IMG/VR virus record: IMGVR_UViG_2778261005_000009
Reading direction: 5' to 3' (one strand)
From: a virus
Taxonomy: Duplodnaviria > Heunggongvirae > Uroviricota > Caudoviricetes
DNA: 5,452 nucleotides
In this document: positions 4,529-5,452 of the stretch, piece after piece
Numbering within the stretch: the stretch's first letter is position 1
Layout: each line of letters begins with the position of its first letter
Translations under genes and position numbers: made by a program
Notes under the pieces: model-generated
What the model saw: only the letters and a program-made list of their open reading frames with translations
What the model was told of the DNA's origin: nothing
The model's database searches: none

Positions 4529-4801
4529 ATGACACAACACATAAAATCCCACAATTCTGAAGCCGACCCGGAAATTAAGCAGGGGAGGCGTTTTCGTGCG
4601 CCTCAGTATGGCTGGTTTCACTATCTGTTCTGTACGATCGATGAGGCAGATATGCTTCAAGAGGCGTATCTGCGTCGCGGTGTCCGTGTGGAGCGGAGTC
4701 TGAACGCTGATCGTCTGACCTGGACCGTTTCTGTATATCTTCCTGTTCGTGCACATCTGCCACGGACACATGCCTGCTACCGTCAGCGCGTCTGGAGGTA
4801 A
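4529..4801 (+). CDS. Small hypothetical protein (90 aa), possibly Rem-like; alternatively the shifted 5' part of the DUF968-like gene
   Basis: ATG 4529 preceded by GGAGA (4519-4523) at 5-nt spacing; stop TAA 4799-4801. The N-terminal about 60 residues look protein-like; the last about 25 (R/H/P-rich) look like out-of-frame translation of the overlapping DUF968-like frame. Position between a hok locus and a DUF968 gene parallels the rem-ydfU arrangement in the K-12 Qin prophage, as recalled. Confidence 0.45.
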   Translation: MTQHIKSHNSEADPEIKQGRRFRAPQYGWFHYLFCTIDEADMLQEAYLRRGVRVERSLNADRLTWTVSVYLPVRAHLPRTHACYRQRVWR

Positions 4802-5452
4802 TGTGCGGGTATTACTTCGACCTGTTCTGGTTCCGGAACTCGGGCTGGTGGTCCTTAAGCCCGGTCGTGAATCATTGCCAGTTTTTCATCGCGGCAGGGT
4901 GCTGGTGGAGCCGGAACCGAAAAACATGCGGGCGCTGCCATCTGGAGCGGTTCCTGCTGTTCGCCAGCCGCTGGCGGAAGATAAATCACTGCTGCCATTT
5001 TTCAGCGATGAGCGGGTGATTCGTGCAGCTGGCGGCGCTGGTGCACTGTCTGACTGGTTATTACGTCACGTGAAATCCTGCCAGTGGCCACACGGCGATT
5101 ATCATCACAGCGAAACCGTTATTCACAGTTACGGTGCTGGCGCAATGGTGTTGTGCTGGCACTGCGACAACCAGCTGCGCGACCAGACCTCCGAATCACT
5201 TGAGCAACTTACTCAACAAAATCTGACAGCCTGGATGATTGACGTCATACGCCATGTAATGAATGGCACGCAGGAGCGGGAATTATCGCTGGCTGAATTA
5301 TCCTGGTGGGCAGTCTGCAATCAGGTGGTGGACGCATTACCTGAGGCAGTATCGCGTCGCTCTCTGGGATTACCGGCGGAAAAAATCCGCTCCGTATACC
5401 GTGAAAGCGACATCATACCGGGAGAACAGACCGCCACCAGCATACTGAAGCA
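4770..5452 (+). CDS. DUF968-like protein with HNH-like Cys/His motif, 3'-truncated by window end
   Basis: Frame 0 is open from the stop at 4716-4718 to the end of the window and is absent from the ORF track because it has no stop. First ATG is 4770 (weak SD); alternative GTG 4749. Translation ..VKSCQWPHGDYHHSETVIHSYGAGAMVLCWHCDNQLRD.. contains a C..H..HH..CxxC arrangement reminiscent of HNH zinc-binding motifs. The DUF968 assignment is from memory of prophage YdfU-like proteins. Confidence 0.65.
   Translation, partial: MPATVSASGGNVRVLLRPVLVPELGLVVLKPGRESLPVFHRGRVLVEPEPKNMRALPSGAVPAVRQPLAEDKSLLPFFSDERVIRAAGGAGALSDWLLRHVKSCQWPHGDYHHSETVIHSYGAGAMVLCWHCDNQLRDQTSESLEQLTQQNLTAWMIDVIRHVMNGTQERELSLAELSWWAVCNQVVDALPEAVSRRSLGLPAEKIRSVYRESDIIPGEQTATSILK

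Noticed and set aside
4514-4771. Minus-strand ORFs 4514..4771 and 4575..4769
   Set aside because: Antisense to the 4529..4801 ORF; His/Arg/Ser-rich translations and no supporting signals.
4801-5019. ORF 4801..5019 (+), 72 aa
   Set aside because: Trp/Cys/Arg-rich translation typical of an incorrect frame, and only 2 nt between GGAGG and the ATG. The true coding frame here is the open frame 0 (DUF968-like).
5263-5448. ORF 5263..5448 (+), 61 aa
   Set aside because: Arg/Trp/Tyr-rich out-of-frame translation inside the DUF968-like coding frame.
1-5452. tRNA genes, CRISPR arrays, IS elements or att sites
   Set aside because: No cloverleaf-like tRNA sequence, no regularly spaced direct repeats, and no transposase or integrase-like ORF or terminal inverted repeats were found in the window.

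Overview
This window reads as the early-right / nin-like region of an enterobacterial lambdoid prophage, with every supported gene on the + strand. From left to right: a 5'-truncated DnaT-like primosomal gene, a lambda P-like helicase-loader gene, then four translationally coupled small genes (a DUF1627-like winged-helix protein, an HTH protein and two unknowns). These are followed by an AT-rich insert with a small membrane protein, a DUF551-like gene with a coupled 27-codon membrane micro-ORF, and a hok/sok-type type I toxin-antitoxin locus. After that come a YgiW/BOF-family periplasmic protein gene with its own terminator, a 90-codon ORF, and a DUF968-like gene with an HNH-like Cys/His motif that runs off the 3' end. 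The most interesting item is the hok locus, whose regulatory architecture (antisense promoter and terminator, 5'-3' mRNA pairing) can be read directly from the sequence. No tRNA, rRNA, CRISPR array, integrase or transposase was detected. All family names come from recalled protein similarity and motifs, not from a database search.
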